Shown here piece after piece: positions 51,890-64,000 of a stretch of DNA of 64,000 bases. Source of the DNA: Chiloscyllium plagiosum (lineage: Eukaryota); contig NC_057719.1 of assembly GCF_004010195.1 (NCBI RefSeq), positions 77,379,339 through 77,443,338 on the forward strand, given 5' to 3'. Under the pieces are notes generated by a model. It did not search any database and had not been told where the DNA came from. It worked only from the letters and a program-made list of their open reading frames with translations. The stretch's first letter is position 1. Every line of letters starts with the position of its first letter. The translations under genes and the position numbers were made by a program.

Positions 51890-52220
51890 CCGGTCTGTAA
51901 ACACTATCCTGTCAGCAGTCACTCTTGCATTTGTCATTTGTGCTTCCTTCATTCCAACCAGCCCATTATGTTTGCAAGATAGCTATTGGTTAGCCAGGGA
52001 TTTCCCCACTGGGCGTGGCTCATGAATCCAAGCAGTGACTCAGCCACAGCTGCAGTGCTCCAGTGAGACTCATGATGCCACCAGAAATGTCATCGAGCAA
52101 ATTTTTGATTTTCTCAAGCCAGCAATTCTACTGCCTGGCTGTGCCAGAGGAGATTTTGTCGTTCACTCGTGAGCACGCGTCCAGCTTTGTGGTCAAGTGC
52201 ACATCTTTCAACCAGCTATT
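51890..52220 (+). pseudogene. PIF/Harbinger (HARBI1-like DDE) transposase C-terminal remnant
   Basis: Across frames: VCKHYPVSSH / LLVSQGFPHWAWLMNP / ETHDATRNVIEQIFDFLK / QFYCL..EHASSFVVKC, in the order of the Harbinger YPGS.HD, GD.GY...WLMTP, H..TR..IE motifs. Confidence 0.7.
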
Positions 52221-53009
52221 AGCAGTGTCTTGGCACTGTCATTGCTCCTCTTGCCCCACCTCGCCCTTCGGTTCAAATCAAAATGGCCATCACAGCACCC
52301 CTGATAAAATATTAGAGCTTGCAGCAGGTCAACAAAGCAAAATGTCACAGAAAGAAACAATATGGAATCTTCCCAGTCACCACAAATAGTACAACAACAC
52401 ATAGATCCCTTATGTCAGGTAAGTATCTCCTTAAATTCTACTTAACTCTGAGAGATCACCCTGATACCGTAATGGTGCATTGGGCACTGATCTGAATTTC
52501 TGTAATTTTTCCTTAAAATCATACAAGGTCATAATGGCATCATAGGACCAAGATTTGCATGTATTGATGAGGTTGTCCACCAAATGTTTCTGGTAGATTC
52601 TCTTGACTGGCCAAAAAGTCATTGTGTGAAAATGCAGGGACAAAACAGCAGATATTCTGTAGAGACTTTCCTTCAGTATCCTGTCATGTTCCCTCCAGGC
52701 AGGTTGAGTTAAAATCACTCCTGATGTCACCAAATTAAACACCCTACATTAAATACCGTTCTGGTCAATGCTTTGGAAGATGACATAAGGTTGGATTTTT
52801 GACTGTCCTAATGACATATCTTGGGTTTGAATGGTGCAGGCTACTTGAGCAGGTCAGGTATAACAAACTGATTGTCATGTCTCAAGCCCTCAGATTAGCT
52901 GAAATGTACCTGCATGAAGACATCACATGCTTCACTTGCAGTCACATGAGGGGCTGAAGACACATCTGACTCCTTCTCCTCTGTTTTGTCAACCCCCTTC
53001 AGAGGGTGC

Positions 53010-54535
53010 AATCATTCTGCATCTTCCTCTTCCTGGAGCTCCACTCCAGTCAGCAACCTCACATTGTGGGTGGCTTTGCCTTGCACATTCATTCTCAAAC
53101 GTCTTGCTGGTACATAATAAAGGGGACCCCAGATTCTTCCATGAATGTTTTCTGTAATCCGATGACCTTGATTTGTGGTCATATAAAGTCATAGAGTCAT
53201 AGAGTCCTACAGCACAGAGACAGGCCCTTTAGCCCTAACTGGTCCATACCAACCAAAATGCCCATCAACACTAACCCCATTTCCCTGCACTTGGCCCATA
53301 TTCTTCTAAACCTTTCCTATACAAGTATTTGTCCAAATGCCTTTTAAATGATGTTAACATACGCATCTCAATCACTTCCGCTGGCAGCTCATTCCAAGTG
53401 CATACCACCGTCTGTGTAAAAAAAGTTGTCCCTCAGGTTCCCTGTCATTCTTTCCCCTCAAACCTTAAACTGATGCCCTCTAGTCCTTAATTCCCTAACC
53501 CTGGGAAAATGACTAAGTACATTCACCCTATCCATGCCTCTCATAATCTTATACACTTCCATAAGGTCCCCCCTCAGTCTCCTACGCTCTGAAGAAAAAA
53601 GTCCTTGTTCGTCCAACTTCTCCCTATAACTCAGACTCTTGAGTCCTGGCAACATCATTGTAAATTTCTTTCTGCACTTTTTCCAGCTTAATAACATGTT
53701 TCCTATAGCAAGGTGATCAAAACTGAATACAATACTTTAAGTGTGGCCTCACCAATGTCCTGTGTGACTGCAATATAACTTTCCAACTTCTCTCCTCAAT
53801 GCCCTGACGGATGAAGACCAGTGTGCCAAAAGCCTTCTTCACTGCCCTGTCTAGCTGTGACTCCACTTTCAGAGAACTGTGCTCCTATCGTGCTCCTTTT
53901 GTGTTTTTGTTGGCTTCTGTGGTAAGGTTTCTCACAGAAGACATCAGCTTGATCCTCAGACGTTAGTCATTGTCTTGACAGAGACACTGTGTATGAGGTG
54001 TGAGAACCTGTGGGAGTGTGACTGATGCAGAAATAATAATTCACAGTAAATTTGTGGGTGTCATATCCAGACAACCAGGATAACCTTCCACTGGCCACAA
54101 ACAAGCTGAACACTGACCAAGTGGAAAGGGTTCCAGTTGATAAATACTTCAGGCTGATCTGAGGGCACCTTGGTTGCTGCATGTGGGAGATCCAAGCCGC
54201 GCTGTATACATCAGAATTCTATCAAAGTATCAAAATCAACCACCTGACTGGCCCGAGCAGTGCGCAAGTGATGACCTGAGCAAACAAGATTTTGGTGATC
54301 AGGGAGATGCACTAATGGTCACCAGATTGTGAAATCCTGCAGATGCCAACAGCAAATACTTGAGAGCAGCTGGTGGTGAAGAAGCCAAAGCTGTTATGAC
54401 TGTGATGGCCACTGGCAATGCATGCTCGGCTAGCCATTTTCTTCTGCTAAGAGGCTGCAGATGTGAACAATGATTTTGCAAAAGAGCCTGAGCCTCTTGC
54501 AGCACTGCTACTCCGTTAGGATGTTGATCCTTCTT
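53010..54535 (-). pseudogene. Near full-length PIF/Harbinger transposase pseudogene split by a CR1 insertion
   Basis: Collinear motifs: QCCKRLRL..ICSLL; HALPVAITVITAL/FFTT..ICRISQS; KVPSDQPEVFINWNPFHLVSVQLVC; LMSSVRNLTTEA; [CR1]; GPLYYVPAR..THNV..GVELQEEE. Confidence 0.8.
53187..53885 (-). mobile_element. CR1 LINE 3' end inserted in the Harbinger transposase
   Basis: ORF 53458-53697 MLPGLKSLSYREKLD..RRLRGDL; (ctctatga)n tail at 53187-53206. Confidence 0.93.
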
Positions 54536-56842
54536 AACCTTTATCCATGTGCTAATTGTATTGACTCCTTTGAGCTGGAGGAGAATGTGAGTGACAGTTG
54601 TTTGTGTTTTTGTTTCTCTTCCAGCTGGTGGTGGTCGTGGTGTGAATGTTGCAGCTATTCCTTATCAAAAATCCCATGACCGAATAAATGGCAATAAAGG
54701 CTGAGAGCAAGGATGTTCAGGTCAAGCAGAGTAAATACCAAGGTAGGTGAGATGACTTCTAAAAAAGTTGGACATCATCTGTGAAGCAATGATATCAGCA
54801 CCTAAGATCGATGTGTTGTGAGCACAGGCCTTTCGCATAGTTTGGCCATCATCTATATAAATCCACTGCTTCCTGCGTCCCAGACCTGTCAGTTCCATTG
54901 AACAGTGCTGATTGCTGTGTTCCCAATTTTAGCAAGTTCCACAAAACTCAAGAAATTCTGGCACAGATTGTTAAAGGCAGAATGTTAGGTTTAATCAGTG
55001 ATCAATTAACTATTTATATACAGAACTTGCTTTACTGACATATTCATGGGGATTTCATAACTTGCGTCCCGGATAAACCTGCCAATGGGAAGGATCATTG
55101 TCAGGTACCCACCATATCCCCACTTTTCGGCACTTTAGTGTCCTCAGCCCAGATCAGAACCTGCCCATTGGTATTAAAATAGACATTGTGGAAATTTTGT
55201 AATTCAGGTTTATGAGAAATGAAATATTGATGCATGGTGGAATCTGAAATGTTTTGCTACATTTTCTTTCTTACAGAAAAACATTGATTCCCTGACATTG
55301 ATCTCACTGCAGATGAAATTGTACTGCACACCATTCTCCTGAAAGTAACTCTCCGACATTTTCTGTTCATTCAGATAAAGTAAACCCAAGGAATCATGAG
55401 CAAATGTATCAATGTGTCACTTCTCTCACTTACCATGTACATACATCCATATTATCAGCCCATTTAAAGCTACACATGCTAACTTCTGAAGGCCGTTGCC
55501 ACACTGCTATGACCTCTTAGTTAGCTGTGTGGAATTTTGAATGAACCAATCTTTGGCAATGAGATTTCAAAAGGAAGTTGGAAAAGAGCCAGTCAATAAT
55601 TGTCAATACAGTCCACCAAACCACCATTTGACAACTCAAGCTTCATGACCCAGGTGTTAGAATAACAATGTGGAATTTGATATCTCTGCCAGACGTATGC
55701 AGTCAAGAGCAGGAATAGGGTGCCAAGAAAAATATCAGAACATTGAACACCTTTGAAACAAGGCTGGATAGTCTATTATAAAGAAAGCCAGGTTGACTGT
55801 TTGGAAGGTGGCATACAGCAAAACTCAGATTCCTCACCCACCTTGTGGTGGCAGCTCCAAAGCTGACCAGTGAAAGTAGTTGAGTTTTAGTTTGTGCTTT
55901 CCAAATGGCCTTCCACATCAGGTGAGCTGGGTTTCTCCCACCTAGCTGATAAGCCAAAGTACTATTCAGCTGAGAATTCACTGGGTTTAAGTCAAAGTTT
56001 TAAGGGGGTCATCTGTCACCTAGAAAGCTAGTGTCCAACTGCTCATTGACCTGAGAGAGCTGAGCATTTGAGACTTCTGGCAGATTTCCAGTTCACTATA
56101 TTTCTGAACCTTTTCTCACCTTTAACTACAGGAAGAGGTGTCAGTGATGATTAGGGAGTTTTGGCAGTCGTTCTGCAGTTTGATTTGTTCATACAAGTGG
56201 TAGCCGGTGGGGAAACAAATGATTCCAAGAAAGTACTTGGCTGTGTGAGCAAAAAATAATCAACATTGAGGTCAACACAGTACCATCAATAACTATTACT
56301 TTTAATACAAATTTATGGCCAACATTTTCTGAGTCCATGTCAACATATATTGGGAAAAGCATTGCTGGCACATTGAACTGGATTTTCTGATTATTGCTGG
56401 TAGAATTTAAGGTATCTCATTGCTGTCATGAACTTTTCACCCCCTTGTGTTATATTTTCTTTTCTGATTTTCCTCATTGTTCTTTTGAAGTCATTAACTT
56501 GTACTGGGTTATTGTTCCATTGATAGCAGTATCAACCTCCTATCTGGTAATGAAGCTCAAATATTTTACATAGCTGATGCGAAAGTGAAATGCAAACCTG
56601 GCCTTGAACAACTCCCCTCCCATAAAGAGTTGTTAGATCACCATCACAGATGGACTAAAATAATTGATAGATTTAAATGTCACAAAATAACTCTTGGGTT
56701 TAAATAGCAATGGAAAAGCCCAGATTGGAAGCACCAAGATAGAGGCAATGACCAATTTCAAGTGCCTTACCCACATGAGAAATACCAAAGTTGCATCTAA
56801 GAATGAAATCCAGGTAATGCTATCTATTGAAAGAGCTGAAAA

Positions 56843-58094
56843 TAAGACCATAAGACATAGGAGCGGAAGTAAGGCCATTCGGCCCATCGAGTCCACTCCG
56901 CCATTCAATCATGGCTGATGGGTAATGCTATCTATTGAAAGAGCTGAAAATAAGACCATAAGACCATAAGACATAGGAGCGGAAGTAAGGCCGTTCGGCC
57001 CATCGAGTCCACTCCGCCATTCAATCATGGCTGATGGGCATTTCAACTCCACTTACCTGCATTCTCGCCGTAGCCCTTAATTCCTTGTGACATCAAGAAT
57101 TTATCAATTTCTGCCTTGAAGACATTTAGCGTCCCGGCCTCCACTGCACTCTGCGGCAATGAATTCCACAGNNNNNNNNNNNNNNNNNNNNNNNNNNNNN
57201 NNNNNNNNNNNNNNNNNNNNNNNNNNNNNNNNNNNNNNNNNNNNNNNNNNNNNNNNNNNNNNNNNNNNNNNNNNNNTTTAGAAAGTAATCCATGCTTCTA
57301 TTCTTTTTCCCAAAGTGCAAGACCTCGCACTTGCTCACATTGAATTCCATCAACCATTTCCTGGACCACTCCTCCAAACTGTCTAGATCCTTCTGCAGCC
57401 TCCCCATTTCCTCAGTACTACCTGCCTGTCCACCTAACTTTGTATCGTCGGCAAACTTTGCTAGAATGCCCCCAGTCCCTTCATCCAGATCATTAATATA
57501 TAATGTGTACAGCTGCGGCCTCAACACTGAACCCTGTGGGACACCGCTTGTCACCGGCTGCCATTCCGAAAAAGAACCTTTTATCCCAACTCTCTGCCTC
57601 CTGTCAGACAGCCAATCCTCAATCCAGACCAGTAGCTCACCTTGAACACCGTGGGCCCTCACCTTGCTCAGCAGCATCCCATATGGCACCTTATCAAAGG
57701 CCTTTTGGAAGTCTAGGTAGACCACATCCACTGGATTTCTCCGGTCTAACCTACTTGTGACCTCTTCAAAGAACTCCAACAGGTTTGTCAGGCACGACCT
57801 CCCCTTACTAAATCCATGTTGACTTGTTTAAATCCGACCCTGCTCTTCCAAGAATTTAGAAACATCATCCTTAATGATGGATTCTAGAATTTTACCAACA
57901 ACCGAGGTTAGGCTAATTGGCCTATAATTTTCCATCTTTTGCCTTGATCCTTTCTTGAACAAGGGGGTTACAACAGCGATCGTCCAATCATCTGGGACTT
58001 TCCCTGACTCCAGTGACTTTTGAAAGATCTCAACCAACGCCTCCGCTATTTCCTCAGCCACCTCCCTCAGAACTCTAGGATGTAACCCATCAGG
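56843..58094 (-). mobile_element. Young CR1 LINE (RT and 3' end), with N-gap 57172-57276 and a duplicated 3' tip
   Basis: Open ORF 57126-57779 VYLDFQKAFDKVP..VPQGSVL..YINDLD..KFADDTK. Confidence 0.95.
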
Positions 58095-58186
58095 GTTGCT
58101 GGAAAATGTGTTGCTGGAAAAGCGCAGCAGGTCAGGCAGCATCCAAGGAGCAGGAGAATCGACGTTTCGGGCATGAGCCCTTCTTC
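58095..58186 (-). mobile_element. Short PLE-derived tail element (host of the CR1 insertion), hammerhead truncated at its 5' edge
   Basis: Near-identical to 16925-17008; outer TSD tatctat[t/g]gaaagag at 56821-56835 (repeated at 56929-56943) and 58187-58201. Confidence 0.85.
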
Positions 58187-59537
58187 TATCTATGGAAAGA
58201 GGCATATTAATGACTTAAATTGTGTTTGTAGTTCAAAAACATCAGGGTGAAGCAGGACAAACAAGTTAAGTCACTCTTTGTTGGACTGTGTGGTTGCCTG
58301 TGCTGGACTGTAAAGAATGAGAATGAGAGCAAGAGACCAGCTTTTGGTATGTGGGTGTGGTGAAGGATGCTTCGAATCAAGTGATTGGACTCCAAGGTAA
58401 TAAGTGAGTTAGGTCAAGAGCAGAATGTAAGGAATCAGTTGAGTTTTTACATTTATTTGGAGAAAGAATGACAAACATTGGAGATTAAAACCCGTCAGCT
58501 TTGTCCTTGCAATAATTTAGAGGGAAATTGAGCATAAAACCAGAAACGAAAGAAGAAAGTTTAGATGGGTAGATAACATTGTGCCTGAACTGAGGAACAC
58601 CTGAGGAAGGCTGGAGGGGAAACAAGGCAATGTCTGTGGCCCCGCTCTGGCTGTGGTGAAACCTTTGCACCCTGGTCCTTACAACTCAATTGCTCAATTA
58701 AAGCAGTCACTATCCTAATACAAACCAGAGTGTGCAGTCTGTTCTTCAGCCACTATTAATGAAAATGTCCCCATTCTATCAAATGATGAAGAGCACCTTG
58801 AAGTGATATCTGCAGTTCAGCGGACATGAAGTCAAATTTAATTGCTCACCTTTGATATAATACAATAGTTTAGTATTTGTATTGATCTTTTTCTTGAAAT
58901 GACACCTTTGGTATTATGGGTTGGCGTGTGCTGTATCCCACTGAGTATTCCAGCAATAGAAAGATCTCAAAGATGTCACATCAGTTCCCAGCTCTCTTTT
59001 TCAGGGTTTTATTATATCAGTAAAGATATCCCTTATGGCTTACCCATACACTGGGGCAGACATACGCTTTTCTATAGTAATATAATTGTATTGACATGGA
59101 GATTATGAACTGGAGACAGCTCTATTTGCCTAACTTTCCAAATGCAGTTAGTCTAATCATTCAATTTATGTTTGCTTGAGATGATTTAGAATTATTACTC
59201 CCAACTACTTATCAGTAACTCCAGCTGTTTTAACAAATCTTGCCTCTAAAACATATCATATCTTCTTAGGCTAGAACCTTAAAATCCAATGGTATGCATT
59301 ATATGTGATCCACCTCATGCTGTTTCATGTAATGAAGACATTAAGAGTGAATGATGGTTATTGGGGTTTTCCCTGGATTTTTCCATAAACTTTATTATGG
59401 GATATGAGCGCCCTTGCAAGAGCATCTGTACTCACCCTACTTTCACAAAGGAAACTTCTTCACTGATCGTGTTATCCTTTTCATAAAGATAGGACATGGA
59501 CAGCTGGAGAAGGTGAGGAGATGCCTGATGTTGCTTA

Positions 59538-60615
59538 ATAAGAACAAAGAACAAAGAAAATTTACAGCCCAGGAACAGGCCCTTCGGCCCTCCAAGCCTG
59601 AACTGATCCAAATGTACTGTCTAAACCTGCCGGTCAATTCCTATGCATCTGTATCTCACTGTTCCCCATCTACTCCCCCCTCAATCTTTTTTCTAATGAA
59701 AATAAACCTAACCTACTCAACCTCTCTTCATAGCTAGCACCTTCCATACCAGGCAACATCCTCATAAACATTCTCTGCACCCTCTCCAAAGTGTTCACAT
59801 CCTTTTGGTAATGTGACAACCAGAACTGTACACAGTATTCTAAATGCGGCCGAACCAATGTCTTGTACAATTTTAACATGACTTGCCAGCTCTTATACTC
59901 AATACCCCGTGCAATGAAGGCAAGCATACTATATGTCTTCTTGACCACTCTATCCACCTGTGCAGCAACCTTCAAGGTACAATGGTCCTGCACTCCCAGA
60001 TCTCTCTGCCCATCAACTTTTCCCAAGGCTCTTCCATTCATTGTATAATTCGCTCTAGAATTAGACTTGCCTAAATGCATCACCTCACATTTGTCTGGAT
60101 TGAAAACCATCTGCCACGTTTCCGCCTAACTCTCCAGTCTATCTATATCCTCCTGTATTCTCTGACAGTCCCTTATGCTTTCTGCTACTCCACCAATCTA
60201 CATGTCATGTGCAAACTTGCTGATCATACCAATGGTGCCCTCTTCCAGATCATTTATGTATATTACAAACAACAGTGGCCCCAACACTGACCCCTGTCGA
60301 ACACCACTGGTCACTTTTTCCATTTCAAGAAACTCCCTTCAACTACTACTCTCTGTTTCCTGTTGCTCAACCAGTTCTTTATCCACCTAGCTAGAACACC
60401 CTGCACACCATGTGACTTCACTTTCTCCATTAGTCTACCATGGGAAACCTTATCAAACGCCTTACTAAAATCTATGTATATGACATCAACCGCCCTTCCT
60501 TCATCTATCAACTTGGTCACTTCCTCAGAGAACTTTATTAAGTTGGTAAGGCACGATCTCCCCCACACAAAACTATGTTGCCTATCACTGATAAGCCCAT
60601 TCTTTTCCAAATATA
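59538..60615 (-). mobile_element. CR1 LINE RT and 3' end with internal deletion
   Basis: ORFs 60311-60739 and 59670-60110; (ttctttg)n tail on the minus strand. Confidence 0.95.
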
Positions 60616-61059
60616 AATATGGAAATATTATAATGTGGAAATCCCAATCACCAGCAGAATGTGGCAGGTTAAAATCAGAAGTGGTGAAGGAGGTTACAGA
60701 TCTGGCCAGGTTAAGGAACCCATTAATTTTTAACAACACGACCGACTGGTTTCTGCCCAGCAGTTAGGGTCAAAATAAGCCCCAAGTACCGATACTACAC
60801 TTACTGTCCTTACTGAGATTCACTAACCTGCAGTGACCAGCTACCGATTTGTTAATTTTGTAGTTCAGTTCCTTAACAACAACCACTTCCCCAATGAGCC
60901 ACTCTGGCATTGTCTCAGTTTACCTTGTTTGTGGCTCAGTGGACAAAGAAATATTTGAACTTTGATTTCCATTGAAATTGTCATACCACACTCCTAAAAA
61001 GGACTGTTCATATTGTGTTAATGACTGATCACAGTAAAACTTAAGCAAAGTTGGGCAAT

Positions 61060-61250
61060 TAATTATTAGTCATTATCAACGGGTGCATTCGCCATGGTAA
61101 AACCTCCACCAATCAAAGTGCAATTGCCACCCAATCATCACTCTCCTCACACAGTATGAATACTGTTCTCTTTTACTTCCATATTTTCTGTGTATTGCCC
61201 TGATGACAGCAAGACAAAAGGCTTCAATAAAATGTGTCTTTTTTTGAGCT
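61060..61250 (+). mobile_element. Possible PLE-derived element with degenerate hammerhead (additional family)
   Basis: 61200-61226 CTGATGA-CAGCAAGAC-AAAA-GGCTT-C; decayed. Confidence 0.35.
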
Positions 61251-62162
61251 TTACACATTGCATCCTACATTGCTGCGGACTACTCTAAAAAGTAATGTAG
61301 CTCTGCATATTTTAATTAGATCACTATCTGGCTCATGCATTGAGATCATAAATCTTGTTCCTAATATTTCCACAGCATCGGCAACTTTGCGTCCATTTGC
61401 TTTGTCAGTCTGCTTCAACTAGCAGTAATTTTGTAGGTCATATTCAGGGCAGAAAATTAATCTGTCTTGATGTTTTCTTGGACTTGCTCAAGAGTCATGA
61501 TTGAATAGTTCCAACCAGCTTTGGGGTGTTTCCAACACAGTAAATGGAATTATACAAACATAGAAGTCTCAGTGCAGCTTAGGGTTAGCAATGATGCAAG
61601 GATAATGGAATCAACTTAAGCTCTCATGATTGCAATGATACTACAATCCAATGACCATTTTTTTTAAAAAACCTGTAAATTATATACGTTGCGAAAGGTA
61701 ATTTTAGACTGTTTCAGAGCTAACTGCCAAACAGGTACATGGCCAGAGCCAAGCAGACCCATCCTTGATTCCAACTTAATTAGGTATTCACGTCAAAGGC
61801 AATTGTATTTATTCAAGTGTTTTCCACATTAACAGGGCCTCCCAGCTCCAGCAGTGAACAGTGTTAAGAGCTGATTCAGCAAATTTTGTTTCATCAGACT
61901 CTGAACCAGTCAAGGTCATTGCTTTTCTTGTTTGTTCAGAGGGTGAGGGATACTAAGAGAAAAAGAGACATTATTTAATCTCTCCCTTTTGTATGGTTTC
62001 AAAAGCTGAAAGAAATCTTAAGGAACAATCAGTTGTGTGGGGTGGAATAGAATTGAGGTCCTGAAACCGCACCCATCACAAAATGACAAGGAGGGTTGCA
62101 AATAGGAAGAGGATATAGAATGACTGAGTGAATAAATAGATTGGATAATAGCAAATTAGAAG

Positions 62163-62652
62163 TGGCACAGTGGCTCAGTGGTTAGCACTGCTGCCTTACA
62201 GTACCAGGGGCCTGAGTTCAATTCCAGCCTCGGGTGACTGTGGAGTTTGCAAATTCTCCCTGCGTCTGTGTGGGTTTCCCCTGGGTGCTTTGCCCCATCC
62301 CTCTCCCATTTATCTTTCAGCCCCCTTGGGCCAAAGCCTCATTCCTGATGAAGGGCGTACGCTCAAAACGTCGATTCTCTTGCTCCTCAGATGCTGCCTG
62401 ACTGGCTATGCTTTTCCAGCACCACACTCTTCGACTCTTTCCTCCCACAGTCTAATGATGTGCAAGTTAGGTAGATTGGCTATATTAAATTACCCATAGC
62501 ATTCAGGGATGTGTAGGTTAGGTGCATTAGCCATGGGAAATGCAGGGTTATAGAGACAGAGTATGGGGATGGGTCTGAGTGAGATGTTGTTCACGGGATT
62601 GGTGTAGACTTATTGGGCCGAATAGCCCATTTCCACACAACGGGAAGTCTAT
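62163..62652 (+). mobile_element. HE1-type SINE containing a PLE-tail insertion (about 62291-62438)
   Basis: A/B boxes at 62171-62226; the insert carries 62345-62372 CTGATGA-A-GGGC-GTAC-GCTC-AAAA-CGTC. Confidence 0.85.
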
Positions 62653-64000
62653 TTAAAAAATTGAAAATGTTATCATGGAAAAGAGTTGAGATATGACTAC
62701 TGCATTTAGGATTCATAAGGACCTAAATAATGTCAACAATAGCAAGATGTTTCATCTTGTCTGCTGAAGTCGAAGCAAAGGTCATGGTCTCTGCTTAAGG
62801 AGGTGACAGAGGAGGGTGGCTACAGAGAGTAATTGAAAATTGATTTGAGAAAACAAAATGGATTAAATTTTGTTCCTGAGTCCTGATCCCTTACCTAGGG
62901 TGAAATGCAGCTCAAGACCACAGAAATAACAGAGACAGGATCCCAAAAGGTGATTTTAGAGGGGATGACCAATCAAAAGACTGCCTCAGAGACCTCTATC
63001 CAATTAAAAAGAGCAAGCAAGCTTCAGAACAGGGAGAACCAGCTGGATCACTGGAGATTCTTGGTGGCCAGCCCTGGGAGGCCACTGTGCCAGGCTGGGC
63101 AGTCGCCAAGTCGCCGGAGGCTGGGAGTTATCGGAGACAGGAGGGTGGAAGAGAAAAAAATCCCTAATAGAAAAGAAAAATGAGAAGAAAAGGAGAAGAA
63201 GAATGGGCAGAGTGGATGAGCTCAGGCTGGAGTGTCCTTCTCCATCTCCAGGATGGGGTTCCATTCCATGAAAATGAGCTGAGTGGCAGAGATGCCCACA
63301 CAAAGTCTCAGGAAGGTGATAGCTTCAACCTTGGTGAGCAGTAGATAGGTTTATTACATATTATCTCACAGCTAGCTGCATTGCACCTAAGACACATCGG
63401 CCCGGATATCCTGAGAAGAGACAATCACTGTTGGATTGTCACTCAGCTCACTTCCCTGGAATTCTCAACTACAAACGTGGTGCATAGCTGAAACCAACAC
63501 AATTGCCCCGAAGTGCAGAATAATTGGGATGTCAAATTGTGCTCCATTTTGCAGCAGTTGTTTACTGCATTCTGAGATTTCAATGTCCAACAGCACAGCC
63601 AGACAGCTCCAATGAAAGGGTAGGAATGTAAAGTAAATGTGGGGTGAGATTGGCAACTGGACTTAGAGTGCCAGGTGGGTACAGTGGGAGGGCGGCATGT
63701 TGGTCAGGTGCCAAATAAGTAGAATGTCAAATGAATAGGGTATCAAGTGGGGAAAGTAAGATAGTTTGCATGATACGTGTGTAAGATTTCAGTGTTCTAG
63801 GGACATAGAGTGTCATGTTAAGTGATGGAGTGCTTCAGTTGTGTCAATAGTCATGGGGGTGTGCTAGGCCCAAATAGCAGTGTTTAGGGTCGAAATGTTG
63901 AGACAGGCAAGGGGGACTCTGTAAGCTCCCACAGGTTTGCATTGTGAGGGCTGAGTTTAGGATTGACAGCAAAATGGAATTTCTCCATGCAAAGAGCAAC

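Noticed and set aside
57828..58205. Novel fusion protein ORF
   Set aside because: Chance in-frame join of a non-coding PLE tail with CR1 ORF2, created by nested insertion
1..64000. Intact autonomous transposon or host protein-coding gene
   Set aside because: Every recognisable coding stretch is TE-derived and truncated or interrupted; no ORF resembles a host protein family I can recognise, though small exons could be missed

Overview
Repeat-dense vertebrate genomic DNA, almost certainly from a shark or other elasmobranch (HE1-type SINEs, HER1/CR1 LINEs, DeuSINE/SacSINE-like elements). I could not support any host protein-coding exon, RNA gene or CRISPR array, so the window looks intergenic or deep-intronic. 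It is a mosaic of decayed CR1, Rex1/Babar, Penelope-like (PLE), PIF/Harbinger (transposase plus Myb/SANT), SINE, solo-LTR-like and MITE sequences, with a 40-bp satellite, a 16-bp minisatellite, two assembly gaps and several repeat-free AT-rich blocks that may be conserved non-coding elements. The most notable signal is about 14 minimal hammerhead-ribozyme motifs (CUGANGA-[N]-stem II-GAAA plus a palindromic stem III) from about five sequence families of short PLE-derived elements. Several of these are head-to-head fold-backs or are flanked by 12-15 bp target-site duplications, and one hammerhead is fully intact (16977-17016, minus strand). All family assignments come from recognising motifs by eye; no database searches were run, and most boundaries are approximate.
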